Of a stretch of DNA of 33,164 nt, positions 22,980-33,164 are shown piece by piece. The notes under the pieces are model-generated. The model did not search any database. It was not told where the DNA came from and saw only the letters and a list, made by a program, of their open reading frames with translations. The position numbers were made by a program, and so were the translations under genes. Position 1 is the stretch's first letter. The number at the start of each line of letters is the position of its first letter. This DNA comes from Chiloscyllium plagiosum (lineage: Eukaryota): assembly GCF_004010195.1 (NCBI RefSeq), contig NC_057718.1, positions 74,781,403 through 74,814,566 of the forward strand, written 5' to 3'.

Positions 22980-24195
22980 CCTACATATAGCTTTCTCCTA
23001 GCCCACTAATATTGTGATTTCATGTGGCTCACTGTATTACAAATGAAAACAGCAGAGCTTTTTAACTTCTTTGTCCCTATCGAGGGTTTCTTTTTTACCC
23101 TGTGGTAAGTTATACTTATGCTCTTCACTGAGATCTATCTTTCCCTTTCAACGTGAGGATTTCTCTTTGCCCCAATTTTTGTCCCTCATGGACTGAAATT
23201 GATTCTGGAATCCAAACCGTGTTTTACAGATCAGCTCATAATCATCAGCCACTTCAGCTGCCAACCTTGCCATTTTAACTCTCTGCTCTTCCACATGAGT
23301 TTGCACTACTTCAGGCAGTGAATGTTTGAATTCTTCCAAAGTAATTACCTCTCTAAGGGCATCATAGGTTTGTTCGATTTTTTTAAAGGTGTTATTCATC
23401 TATCAAAATTACTCTGTTTGATCCTTTCAAACTCAATGGAGGTTTGACCTGGGTCTCTGCTTAGATTCCTGAAATGTTGTCTATAGGCTTCTGATACAAG
23501 CTCATATGCACTTAAAATGGCTTTTTTCACCTCCTCATACACTCCTGATACCTCCTCTGACAGTGATGCGAATACCTCACGAGCCCTACCTACAAGTTTC
23601 ATTTGGATCAACAAAATCCACATTGCCACTGGTCACTGCATTTGTTTAGCCACCTTTTCAAATGCAATGAAAAAGGCTTTCACATCCTTCTCAAATTTAG
23701 GCAGTGCTTGGACATTAAACAGTTTTTCACTAGGCTTTTGACTACCAGGGGCTTGCTCCAGGTAGTCTCTTTCTCACTAAGCCTACCTTCAGCCTTTATC
23801 TCCAGCCTTTTACACTGACTTTCCTTTTTAAGTGTCAGTTTATGAAGTTCAAAAGCTCTCTCTTTTTCTTTCTCTCCTGCTGCTCTCTTTTTCCCTCTCT
23901 TCTGCTTTTAATCGCAACTCAAACTGTTTCATTTCTGCTGCCCTTTCCTTACCTCTCGCCTCTAATTCAAGCTGCTTCATTTGCAATTGAATTCTTGCCA
24001 TCTCTATAGATTCTGATGGTTTCTCCAGCAAGTTTACATGCTGAGGTACTGCTGTAATTATCTCTCCTTTCCTCACAGAAGCAAGCAGGTCCAATCCCAG
24101 CTGGTCTGCTAATTCCTGCAGCTTGGTCTTATTCATCTTTTGCAAAATTTCCAAAGTCATCGCATCCACTTCCTATTTGCGATTGAAAGAGCCAT
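22980..24195 (-). pseudogene. gag: Gmr1-like gag with SCAN-like capsid domain
   Basis: Coiled coil, then FFIAFEKVAKQMQ, KLVGRAREVF, YEEVKKAILSAYELVSEAYRQHFR, LREVITLEEFKHSLPEVV, AAEVADDY; decayed CFH knuckle. Confidence 0.88.
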
Positions 24196-24283
24196 TACTA
24201 TCCCAAGCTTTGTCTATCCAACCAAACCAACATCCAAAATAAAGACACTAGCACCTACCACTCATTGTTTAAAATCTCATAAA

Positions 24284-24292
24284 GAGCCTCCA
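24284..24292 (-). promoter_or_regulatory. Partial PBS (tRNA-Pro-like) of the Gmr1-like element
   Basis: Minus strand TGGAGGCTC, 3 nt inside the LTR end. Confidence 0.55.
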
Positions 24293-24295
24293 ATC

Positions 24296-24916
24296 TGTTA
24301 TGGACTAGGGCAGAGCACTTAAAACATTCTTAAGCAGGCAGTCCAGACCATAACTTTGCAATTTGTTTCAGTAAGTGTACAGTGAAAATTACCCGGAGTA
24401 AGTTAGCTAGGTTGACTACCAGATTTTAAAACAAAAAAAATTCACAAAATTACACAATGAAACACAAAGAACAGGATAAAGAACCCATACAGAACTCAGT
24501 CTATCCAAATTAGACTTAATAATGTTGTTCCAATTACACCCAGCAGTCCCAAAAAACAACCCCACCCCCTTAAAAAACAGTAAAAATGGAACAAATCCTT
24601 GCAGGTTGAAGTTAGAAGGGCAGAAGAGAGAGAGTGTTCCACAGCCTGTTTCCACACAGCTGAACTCCTAACTAGTTCTGGACTGAACTGCTCCCTTTTC
24701 ATTATACAGATCACTTCTAAAACATGACCATTTTGGCCTGAAGTCTCATCTGTTTACATATAAACAAAAGGCCTCTTAACATCCTTTGTCATCTCTGTAC
24801 CAAACTAATCACCTCGGAGCCAAGAGGGTTTTATGACCCCTCTGAAAACAAACCAAGGACTCAGTATCCTTGGGAAAAGGAACAGCTTTTAGAAAAAAGG
24901 AACCAGCTTTGTGACA
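24296..24916 (-). repeat. Gmr1-like 5' LTR
   Basis: tgttat...gtgaca TG/CA termini, 621 bp, adjacent to the PBS, homologous to the left LTR. Confidence 0.88.
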
Positions 24917-26329
24917 CTGTCAAGGAAACTAATCCATGAGAACTTGTAAAATCACCTCACTTACAGCAATTTGCTTTCCTGTTGGCAATTTTGCTTCATA
25001 GAAAAGAACGAATAATATTTACAGTTTCATTATCCAAAAATATAACTTTTTTTTTCAATGATTGGCATGTCATCTGAACAGTAACTCTCCTTTCCAGAAC
25101 AATTAACATGTTAAGTCACCTGGTGCTCACATAGCTGTGATCTGTTTGATGAATGGTTCAACCAACTATTTCACATTCTCAGAATTATCCGAAGTAGATA
25201 TTTTACTTCTTATTTTGGGAGCCATTTAAGTTACTTCAGGAAAGCAACTCTTGTGAGAACTATATGGGCGACGTCAGAACCTTTTTTGCTGAATACAATA
25301 AAATTAATTATTTTAATTATTTCATGCCTCAGAACTCTTCTGATAGAAGCTGCAAGTGTTATTGTTGCTACTTTAATTGTTTTTATTATCATAGTTGGAA
25401 TGTAATAAATAATAGTTTATATCTGTAAATACAGAAGGAATTCACAGGCTCAGTTTTTTGCATTGTCTTGTTAGGTTAAAAGAACCAGAGTTTTTATATG
25501 TAAATACACGCTATAAATTTCAGTCTCACCTATTAGCAATCCAACATATTGTTACCCAAGTTCCAGATGAGTAACCATCAAGCATTTATTTCTAGACAGC
25601 TGCTTTTGTTAAAATTCTCGATCATTATGTTTCTTGTTGTGGCTTAATAACCTCCAAAAGAAATTCTTGTTTCATCTTTCGATGAAAGCATGAAATACAC
25701 TCGGGTGTAAAATGCATACAGTGCAGAATTATTACAAAACTAGTATTCAGATCTGCAAAACTTATCTTCGTGGAATTTGAAGGATTCTAGGGACATCAGA
25801 AATAGTGGGCATGACTTGATTCTGAGATTCCTGGGCCCAGACGCAACTTCTCCAATTTTTGCTGCCATCCAATAAACAATTCTGTACCCTACATTCCTTA
25901 TATTGCATGATGGACAATGCCTGGGACCCCAGTTTTTTATGAACTCAGGCCAGATCCTCCATGACTCCTTTGAGGGGTTAGGATTCACAGTCTGAACTTG
26001 GGAAGCTTCTGAAAGGAACATTTAAAACATTTTACCCATGTCCCTCATGTCTTCTCCACACAAACTGTCTTATGCCAGCACACACTTTTCCATCCAGCCT
26101 AAAACTAAAGCCCCTCATGTTAAATTAATGCAAACTTATGCCCCACCCACCATCTGACTCCTCATATCCAACTGTCAAGTTATGGTACTTCCACGCTGAT
26201 TCACCCAGCATACATGATGTACAAGGATAATGTTATGACAATGTCATATCTGAACAATGTTGACTACCTCTCTTGATATAACTCTTTCATGGATATATGT
26301 TCTCAGAAGATTTTCAGAAAGGAGAAGGT

Positions 26330-26540
26330 TTAAGGGAAACCTAATGAAAGTGTTTAAAATTGAGCAGTCAAGATAAAGTGTTCTGTTTCCCTTGGTTGAG
26401 AGGTCCATAACTAATAATATTAGTGTAAGAGGTAACAGTTTTACAAGAATTTCGAAAGGATTTATTTCACTCAGAGGGTAGTGAGGATTTGGAACTTATT
26501 GCCTGATAATACAGTGATTTCATCCCTTTTAAGAAGGACA
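26330..26540 (+). mobile_element. Old CR1 3' fragment, continuing in pieces to ~27160
   Basis: ctgtttcccttggttgagaggtccataacta and ttcactcagagggtagtgaggatttggaac (FTQRVVRIWN). Confidence 0.65.
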
Positions 26541-26556
26541 CCAAAGTGCACGTGAT

Positions 26557-26779
26557 ACAAAAACAGAAAATGCTGGAGAAACCCGGTAGGTTGGCATCTG
26601 TGGAAAGAAAACAGAGTTTCAAGTCCAATGATCCCTCTTCAGACTCAAACTTCAGATCTGGAGAAAGGTTACTGACCTTTAACATATTAACTCTTTTTTT
26701 TATCCACAAATGTTGCCAGAATTCCAGCAATTTCTGTTTTTGTTTCAGATTGCCAGCATCTGTAGTTTTTTGTTTTATT
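26557..26779. mobile_element. Fold-back pLTR element of a second Penelope family
   Basis: Arms 26557-26577 and 26723-26743 (20/21 match); minus-strand CTGAAGA...GAAAC at 26616-26642; tail ccagcatctgtagt. Confidence 0.75.
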
Positions 26780-26801
26780 AAAGATAAGCACTTGAAGTGA
26801 C

Positions 26802-27113
26802 GGGGCGGCACGGTGGCTCAGTGGTTAGCACTGCTGCCTCACAGCGCCAGGGACCTGGGTTCAATTCCTGCCTCAGGCGACTGTCTGTGTGGAGTTTGCA
26901 CATTCTCTTCGTGTCTGTGTGGGTTTCCTCTGGGTGCTCCGGTTTTCTCCCACAGTCCAATGATGTGCAGGTTCGGTGAATTGGCCATGCTAAATTGCCC
27001 ATAGTGTTAGGTGCATTAGTCAGGGTGGGTTGCTCTCCGGAGGGTTGGGTGGACTTGTTGGGCTGAAGGGCCTGTTTCCACATTGTAGGGAATCTAATCT
27101 AATCTAAAAAAAA
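26802..27113 (+). mobile_element. HE1/V-SINE, near full length
   Basis: A box TGGCTCAGTGG at 26814, B box GGTTCAATTCC at 26858, central gtgggtttcctctgggtgctccggttt, (aatct)3 plus A tail. Confidence 0.93.
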
Positions 27114-27164
27114 CCTACCAGGCTCAGAATCAAGAGCTGGAATGTGGGATTTGATTGGATAGTC

Positions 27165-27508
27165 ATTTGTTGTTGTGGTTCTGTTCGCCGAGTTGGGAAT
27201 TTGTGTTGCAGACGTTTCATCCCCTATCTAGGTGACATCCTCAGTGCTTGGGAGCCTCCTGTGAAGCGTTTCTGTGATGATTCCTCCGGCATTTATAATG
27301 GTTTGAATCTGCCGCTTCCGGTTGTCAGTTCCAGCTGTCCGTTGCAGTGGTCGGTATATTGGGTCTAGGTTGATGTGCTTATTGATTGAATCTGTGAATG
27401 AGTGCCATGCCTCTAGGAATTCCCTGGCTGTTCCCTGTTTGGCTTGTCCTATAATAGTAGTGTTGTCCCAGTCAAATTCATGTTGCTTGTCATTTGACTG
27501 GGACAACA
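27165..27508 (-). mobile_element. Penelope-like element 3' end (third family; GIY-YIG C-terminus + pLTR)
   Basis: HEFDWDNTTIIGQAKQGTAREFLEAWHSFTDSINKHINLDPIY. Confidence 0.88.
27208..27247 (-). ncRNA. Minimal type I hammerhead ribozyme motif
   Basis: gca-CTGAGGA-tgtcacctagataggggat-GAAAC-GTC-tgc: both core boxes, stem II, palindromic ACGT stem III and GUC site. Confidence 0.7.
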
Positions 27509-27855
27509 GTCTCTCAAATGCCTCTTAAATGTTGCAATTGTATCAGCCTCCACCACTTCCTCATGCAGCTCAAATTTGGATGTGATACTGCTTTCACAGT
27601 ATTTTTGCTATTATTTTACTCAAAGAGAAAAAGAACACTGCTTTCAAAGCAACCTTAGTGAGTTGCTACAGTACAGCCTGGAGGCTATACTTGCTGCATC
27701 AAAAGAATAGAGGGTTTGATGTTTAATTCATTTGTTGGAGTATTAACCAGATGAGACTCTCTGCCATCCTGAATGCTATTGAACTTCTTTACTATTGTAA
27801 ACAAAGAATAGTACAGCACAGAAACAGGCCCTTTGGCCCACCCACCCTTTATATT

Positions 27856-28124
27856 CATAGGATCCTTACAGTGTGGGAACAGGCCATTTGGCCCAACAGG
27901 TCCACACTGACCCTCTGAAGAGTAACCCACCCAGACCCATTCCCCTACCCTTTTACTCTACATTTAAACCCTGACTAATGCACCTAATCTACACACCCCT
28001 GAAAACCATGGGCAACTTAGTATGGCCAACTCACCCAACCTGCACATCTTTGGATTGTGGGAAGAAACCAGAGCACCTGGAGGAACTCACACAGACACAG
28101 GGAGAATGTGCAGCCTCCACACAT
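27856..28124 (-). mobile_element. HE1/V-SINE lacking the tRNA head
   Basis: Reverse complement matches the body and 3' end of 26885-27095. Confidence 0.85.
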
Positions 28125-28480
28125 AGGCCATCTTTCTAAACTAAAAGCCTTTTGCCTCCATGGGTCCGTATCTCTCTATTCCCTGCCTATTTATGTCTCT
28201 GTCACGATGCCTGGTAAACGTTGCTATTGTATCTACCTCTACTACCTTCTCTGGCTCTTGCCACCTACTATGTAAAGACATGCCTCTCACATCTCCTTTA
28301 AACTTTTCCCCTTTTACTTTAAACCAATGGCCCTAGTAATTAGCATTTATATCTGGGAAAATACTCTGACTATCCATTCTATCCATGCCTCTCATACTTA
28401 GAACATAGAACAGCGCAGTACAGGCCCTTCGGCCCTCGATGTTGTGCCGCCCTGTCATACTAATCTGAAGCCCATCCCAC

Positions 28481-31091
28481 CTACACTATTCCATGTACGT
28501 CCATTTGCCTGTCCAACGATGACTTAAATGCACTTAAACTTGGCGAATCTACTACCGATGCAGGCAAAGCATTCCATACCCTTACTACTCTCTGAGTAAA
28601 GAAACTACCTCTGACATCTGCCTTATACCTATCTCCCCTCACTTTAAAGTTGTGTTCCCTCGTGTTTGCCGTCCCCGTACTTGGAAAAAGGCTCTCCCTG
28701 TCCACCCTATCTAACCCTCTGATTATCTTGTATGTCTCTATTAAGTCACCTCTCAACCTTCTTCTCTCTAACGAGAACAGCCTCAAGGCCCTCAGCCTTT
28801 CCTCGTAAGACATTCCTTCCATACCAGGCAACATCCTAGTCAATCTCCTCTGCACCCTTTCCGAAGCTTCCACATACTTCTTATAATGCGGTAACCAAAA
28901 CTGTAGCTGAAAATGTGTTGCTGGAAAAGCGCAGCAGGTCAGGCGGCATCCAAGGAGCAGGAGAATCGACGTTTCGGGCATGAGCCCTTCTCCTGCTCCT
29001 TGGATGCTGCCTGACCTGCTGCGCTTTTTCAGCAACACATTTTCAGCTCTGATTTCCAGCATCTGCAATCCTCACTTTCTCCCCTAACCAAAACTGTATA
29101 CAATACTCCAAGTGTGGCCATACCAGAGCTTTGTACAGCTGGTTCCAGAACTCATTCCCTCTATTAATAAAGGCCAAAACACTGTATGCCTTCTTAACAA
29201 CCCTGTCAATCTGGGTGGCAACTTTCAGGGATCGGTGTATATGGACACCGAGATCTCTCTGCTCATCTGCACTCCCAAGAATCTTACCATTAGCCTAGTA
29301 TTTTGCATTCCGATTACTCCGGCCAAAGTGTATCACCTCACTCTTGTCCACATTAAACTCCATTTGCCACCTCTCAGCCCAGCTCTGAATCCTAGCTATG
29401 TCTCTCTGCAACCTATTACATCCTTCGTCACTATCCACAACTCTACCGACCTTAGTGTCGTCTGCAAATTTACTAACCCATCCTTTTAAGCCCTCATCCA
29501 GTTCATTTATAAAAATGATGAACAGCAGTGGACCCAACACCGATCCTTGCGGTACGCTGCTAGTAACTGGGCACCAAGATGAACATGTTCCATCAACTCC
29601 AACCCTCTGTTTTCTTTCAGCAAGCCAATTACTTATCCAAACAGCTATGTCTCCCACAATCCCATTCCTCCGCATTTTGTAAAGTAGCCTACTGTGGGGA
29701 ACCTTATCGAACGCCTTGCTGAAATCCATGTACACCACATTACCGGTTTACTCTCATCTACCTGTTTGGTCACTTTGTCAAAAAACTCAATAAGATTCGT
29801 TAGGCACGAACTACCCTTCACAAAACCGTGCTGACTGTTCCTGATTATTTTTTTCTAGATGGTTGTAAATCCTATCTCTTATAACCTTTTCCAACACTTT
29901 ACCAACAACTGAAGTGAGACTCACTGGTCTGTAATTACCAGAGTTGTCTCTACTACCCTTTTTGCACACACAACTTCCCACTATTATCCTTGTTTGGCCC
30001 TAATTTAACTCTTGTCATTCTTTTATTCCTGACATATCTATGGAAAGCCTTAGGGTTAACCCTGATCCTATCCACCAACAATGTCTCATGTCTCCTCCTG
30101 GTTCTTCTGAGCTCTCTTTTTAGGTCTTTCCTGACTTCCTTGTAACCCTCAAGCACCCTAACTGAGTTTTCTCATTTTGTCCTAACATAAGCCTCCTTCT
30201 TCTTCTTGACCAGGGATTCCACTTCCTTAGTAAACCACAGCTCACGCGTTCTATATCTTCCTCTCTGCCTGATAGGTACATACTTATCTAGGACACACAG
30301 GTGCTTTTCCTTGAATAAGCTCCACATTTTTAATGTGCTTATCCCTTGCAGTTTCCTTTCCCATTCTACGCTTCCTAAATCTTTCCTAATTGCATCGTAA
30401 TTTCCCTTCCCTCAGTTGTAACTCTTGCTCACCTATCCCTTTCCATCACTACAGTAAACCTGACAGAATTGTGATCGCTGTCTCCAAAGTGCTCACCTAC
30501 TTCCAAATCCAACACCCGGCCAGGCTCGTTACCCATTACTAAATCTAAAGTGGCTTCGTCCCTTGTAGGCCTGTCTACAGACTGTATCAGGAAGCCCTCC
30601 TGCACACACTGGACAAAAACTGACCCACCTATAGTACTCGTAATGTAGTGATCCCAGTCAATATTTGGATAGTTGAAGTCCCCCATGACAACTATCCTGC
30701 CTCTCTCACTCCAATCGAAAATTATCTTTGCTATTCTTCCCTCTACATCTCTGGGACTATTCGGAGGCCTATAGAAAACTCCCAGCATGGTGACTTCTCC
30801 TTCCCTGTTTCTAACCTCAGCCCATACTACCTCAATTAACGAGTCCCCAAACATCCTTTCTACAACTGTAATATTGTCCCTGATCAACAATGCCACACCT
30901 CCCCCTCTTTTACCATCTTCTCTGTTCTTACTGAAACATCTGAATCCTGGAACCTGCAACAGCCATTCCTGTCCCTGCTCAATCCATGTCTCCGTAATGG
31001 CCACAACATCGAAGTCCCAGGTACCAACCCACGCTGCCAGTTCACCCACTTTATTTCGGATATTCCTCACGTTGAAGTACACACACTTCAA
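28481..31091 (-). pseudogene. CR1 ORF2 (APE endonuclease + RT), disrupted
   Basis: AITETW, GGGVAL, YRPPN, MGDFN, SDHN; YRPVSLTS, DFSKAFDKV, PQGSVLGP, FADDTK; deletion near 29960. Confidence 0.92.
28906..29084. mobile_element. Short fold-back Penelope pLTR element with 14-bp TSD
   Basis: TSD taaccaaaactgta at 28892-28905 and 29085-29098; 61-bp arms 28905-28965 and 28988-29048 with 2 mismatches. Confidence 0.92.
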
Positions 31092-31197
31092 ACCAGGTTC
31101 TCGCTTGCCAGTGTCAGATACTTGATTTTGGAACTCCCTACTCTCATCCTTTTCTTTGTACCTGTCCTATAATTTTGGTTCCCATCCACCTGCTGCA

Positions 31198-31793
31198 TTA
31201 GTTTAAATCCACCTTAATAGCTTTAGCGAATTTCCCACCCAGGATATTGGTACCCCTCTGGATTAGATGAAGACCATCCTGCTTGTAGAGGTCGCTCCTA
31301 CTCCAGAAAGAGCTCCAATTATCCAAAAACCCAAAACCCTCCCTCCTGCACCATCCCTGTAGCCACGTGTTCAACTCCTTTCTCTCCCTGTTCCTCACCT
31401 CACTAGCATGTGGCACGGGCAGCAAACCAGAGAAAACAACTCTGTTTGTCCTAGCTCTAAGCTTCCATCCTAGCTCCCTGAATTTCTGCCTCAAGTCCCC
31501 ATTTCTCTTCCGACCTATGTCGTTGGTGCCAATGTGGGCCATGACTTGGGGCTGTTCTCCCTCCCCTCGAAGGATCCCAAAAACACTATCAGAGACATCA
31601 TGGACCCTGGAACCCAGGAGGCAACACACTAACCCTGAGTCTCTCTCGTCCCCACAGAACCTCCTATCTGTCCCCCTAATTATCGAGTCCCCAATGACTA
31701 CTGCTCTGCTCCTCTTCCCCCTTCCCTTCTGAGCAGCAGGTGCCCCACTGCTTTCCCCTGGTAAGTCATCCCCCCAACAGTATCCAAAACGGT
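31198..31793 (-). pseudogene. CR1 ORF1 SGNH/GDSL esterase domain, open but 5'-truncated
   Basis: VVIGDSIIRG, HIGTNDI, DGLHL blocks. Confidence 0.88.
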
Positions 31794-32507
31794 TGTAAAC
31801 TTCCATCAGGTTAGCATTTCAGTCTCCAATTTTCAAGTAAAAATGACAAACCAAGCTTATCCACTCTCTTCTCAAACTGAATACCCTCCAAACCAGGCAA
31901 CATCCTAGTAAAGTTTTTCTGTGCCTTGTCCAAAGCTTCCACATTCTTGTGATAGTATGATAACCAGAACAGTATGCAATATTCCAAATGTGTCCTAATA
32001 AAAGTTCTCTACAACTGCAAAATGATTTACCAATTTTTATACTCTATGATCTGAATGGTGTAGGCAAGCATGCCATATGCTTTCTTGATAATCTAAACCA
32101 CTTGGGTTGCCACTTCCAAGTGTCTGTGGACCTGTGCACCGAGATCCCTCTATGTTAATGCTTCTAAGGGTTTTGGCATTTACAGTGTACTTTCTTCATG
32201 CATCAGACCTTCCATAATGTGCACCTTGCATTCCTCTGGGTTTTCTCTGTCCAATTCTCCAGCCTATGTATATCCTGCTGTAACCTCTGGCGATTCTCCT
32301 CATTTTCCGCAGCTCCCCCAATTTTTGTGTCACCCTCAAACTTACTAATCAGATCATCTACATTCTTCTCCAAATCGGTTATATATATTACAGAAAACAG
32401 GGTTCCTAACTCTGATCCCTGTGGAATATAAATTTGTAATATATAAATATGTCATGCATATTTTCATAGCCTGTCTTGAGCCTTACAGATGATTAAAAAT
32501 CTTTGAA

Positions 32508-33164
32508 GGGGGGGATCCAAGATGGCGGCGACCCAGTAAGACTGAGTCTATAGTGCTCCTCCCAAGACTTGGGCACAGTGGGTCACCTACCCCCTACCAA
32601 GCTCACCAAATCATTTATAAATCATTTATAATAGTTTAGTAACTGAATTAGTGGTTTAATATTACATTTAAGCTACATTTAAGCAACTTTATCCTAAGTT
32701 AAAATGACTAAAGGGAAGGGAGCCCGCAGCTCTCAGCAAGCAGGAACCCCTCCCCCACACTCTACAGCTGCAGCAGAGGCGTCCACAGCCGCCCCGAGGA
32801 ACTTACCTACAGTAGCAAGTCTTGCAGAAATGCTTTCCAAGCTTGACTCGAAGATCGATGCCTTTATCGTCAAATCCAGAAATCGTTGGGAGTCGCTCTC
32901 GGCCGCGCTGCAGAAGCACGACCGTGAAATTGAAGAAATTCAACGCCGAGTCGGAGGGGCGGAGCTAAAGGCCGCGACCTCGGAGACAACCGCTCAATCG
33001 GCCGTGGATCAAGTCCGGACTCTCGAGCAGCGAGTCCGGACCTTGGAAAATCATATTGACAACCTCGATAATCGAGGTCGTCGAAAAAATATTCGTTTGC
33101 TGGGCCTTCACGAACAGGAAGAGGAAGGCCAGCTTACAGCATTCCTGGAGCAGTAGCTGCCACA
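32508..33164 (+). mobile_element. L1 LINE 5' end (5' UTR + ORF1), runs off the window
   Basis: G-run start, CAAGATGGCG YY1-like motif at 32518, TT|AAAAA just upstream, CpG-rich ORF1. Confidence 0.88.
32704..33156 (+). pseudogene. L1 ORF1p N-terminus (coiled coil to RRM start), probable premature stop
   Basis: IDNLDNRGRRKNIRLLGLHE matches L1 DLENRSRRxNxRIxGLPE; TAG at 33154 likely from TGG. Confidence 0.82.

Larger units (their letters stand above)
19487..24916 (-). mobile_element. Gmr1-like Gypsy LTR retrotransposon, decayed and internally deleted
   Basis: LTR, PBS, gag, PR, IN, RT, RH, PPT, LTR on the minus strand; integrase precedes RT. Confidence 0.9.
28397..31793 (-). mobile_element. 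Younger CR1 LINE, 5'-truncated in ORF1, internally deleted in ORF2
   Basis: ORF1 esterase, APE endonuclease, RT and (agaacat)n tail. Confidence 0.95.
27800..32428 (-). mobile_element. Older CR1 3' portion in pieces (27800-27855, 28126-28396, 31794-32428)
   Basis: ctatccatgcctctcata resumes as tgtaaacttccatcagg after the younger insertion; ends at IPQGSELGT (VPQGSVLGP-like). Confidence 0.8.

Noticed and set aside
26802..26875. tRNA-like sequence with A and B boxes (also at 1426)
   Set aside because: It is the SINE head and continues into SINE body and tail
28481..29068. 195-aa ORF that looks like a novel fusion protein
   Set aside because: Chance read-through from the fold-back insert into the CR1 RT C-terminus
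1..33164. CRISPR arrays, operons or other prokaryotic systems
   Set aside because: No regularly spaced repeats or dense intact ORFs; content is vertebrate retroelements

Overview
Eukaryotic, repeat-dense genomic DNA, very probably from a shark (inferred from HE1/V-SINE and SacSINE1/DeuSINE-type SINEs plus shark-type CR1 and Penelope repeats). No intact host gene is recognisable. The main element is a near-complete but defective class I (gamma-like) endogenous retrovirus at ~10.5-18.25 kb (+). It has an LTR, a tRNA-Pro PBS, HERV-I/HERVIP-like gag-pro-pol with a UAG readthrough pseudoknot, a gamma-type env, a PPT and a second LTR. A decayed Gmr1-like Gypsy element (PR-IN-RT-RH order, SCAN-like gag) lies at ~19.5-24.9 kb (-) and carries a solo LTR. 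The rest is nested CR1 LINEs, Penelope fragments, short TSD-flanked fold-back elements bearing hammerhead-ribozyme motifs, SINEs, and the 5' end of an L1. Most notable: a capsid fragment from a different retroviral lineage inside the ERV leader, a cluster of GTGCAC-centred palindromes in that leader, an env that does not look like the gag-pol lineage, mismatched LTR U3 regions, and the mini fold-back elements. All family assignments are from motif recognition by eye, not database searches.
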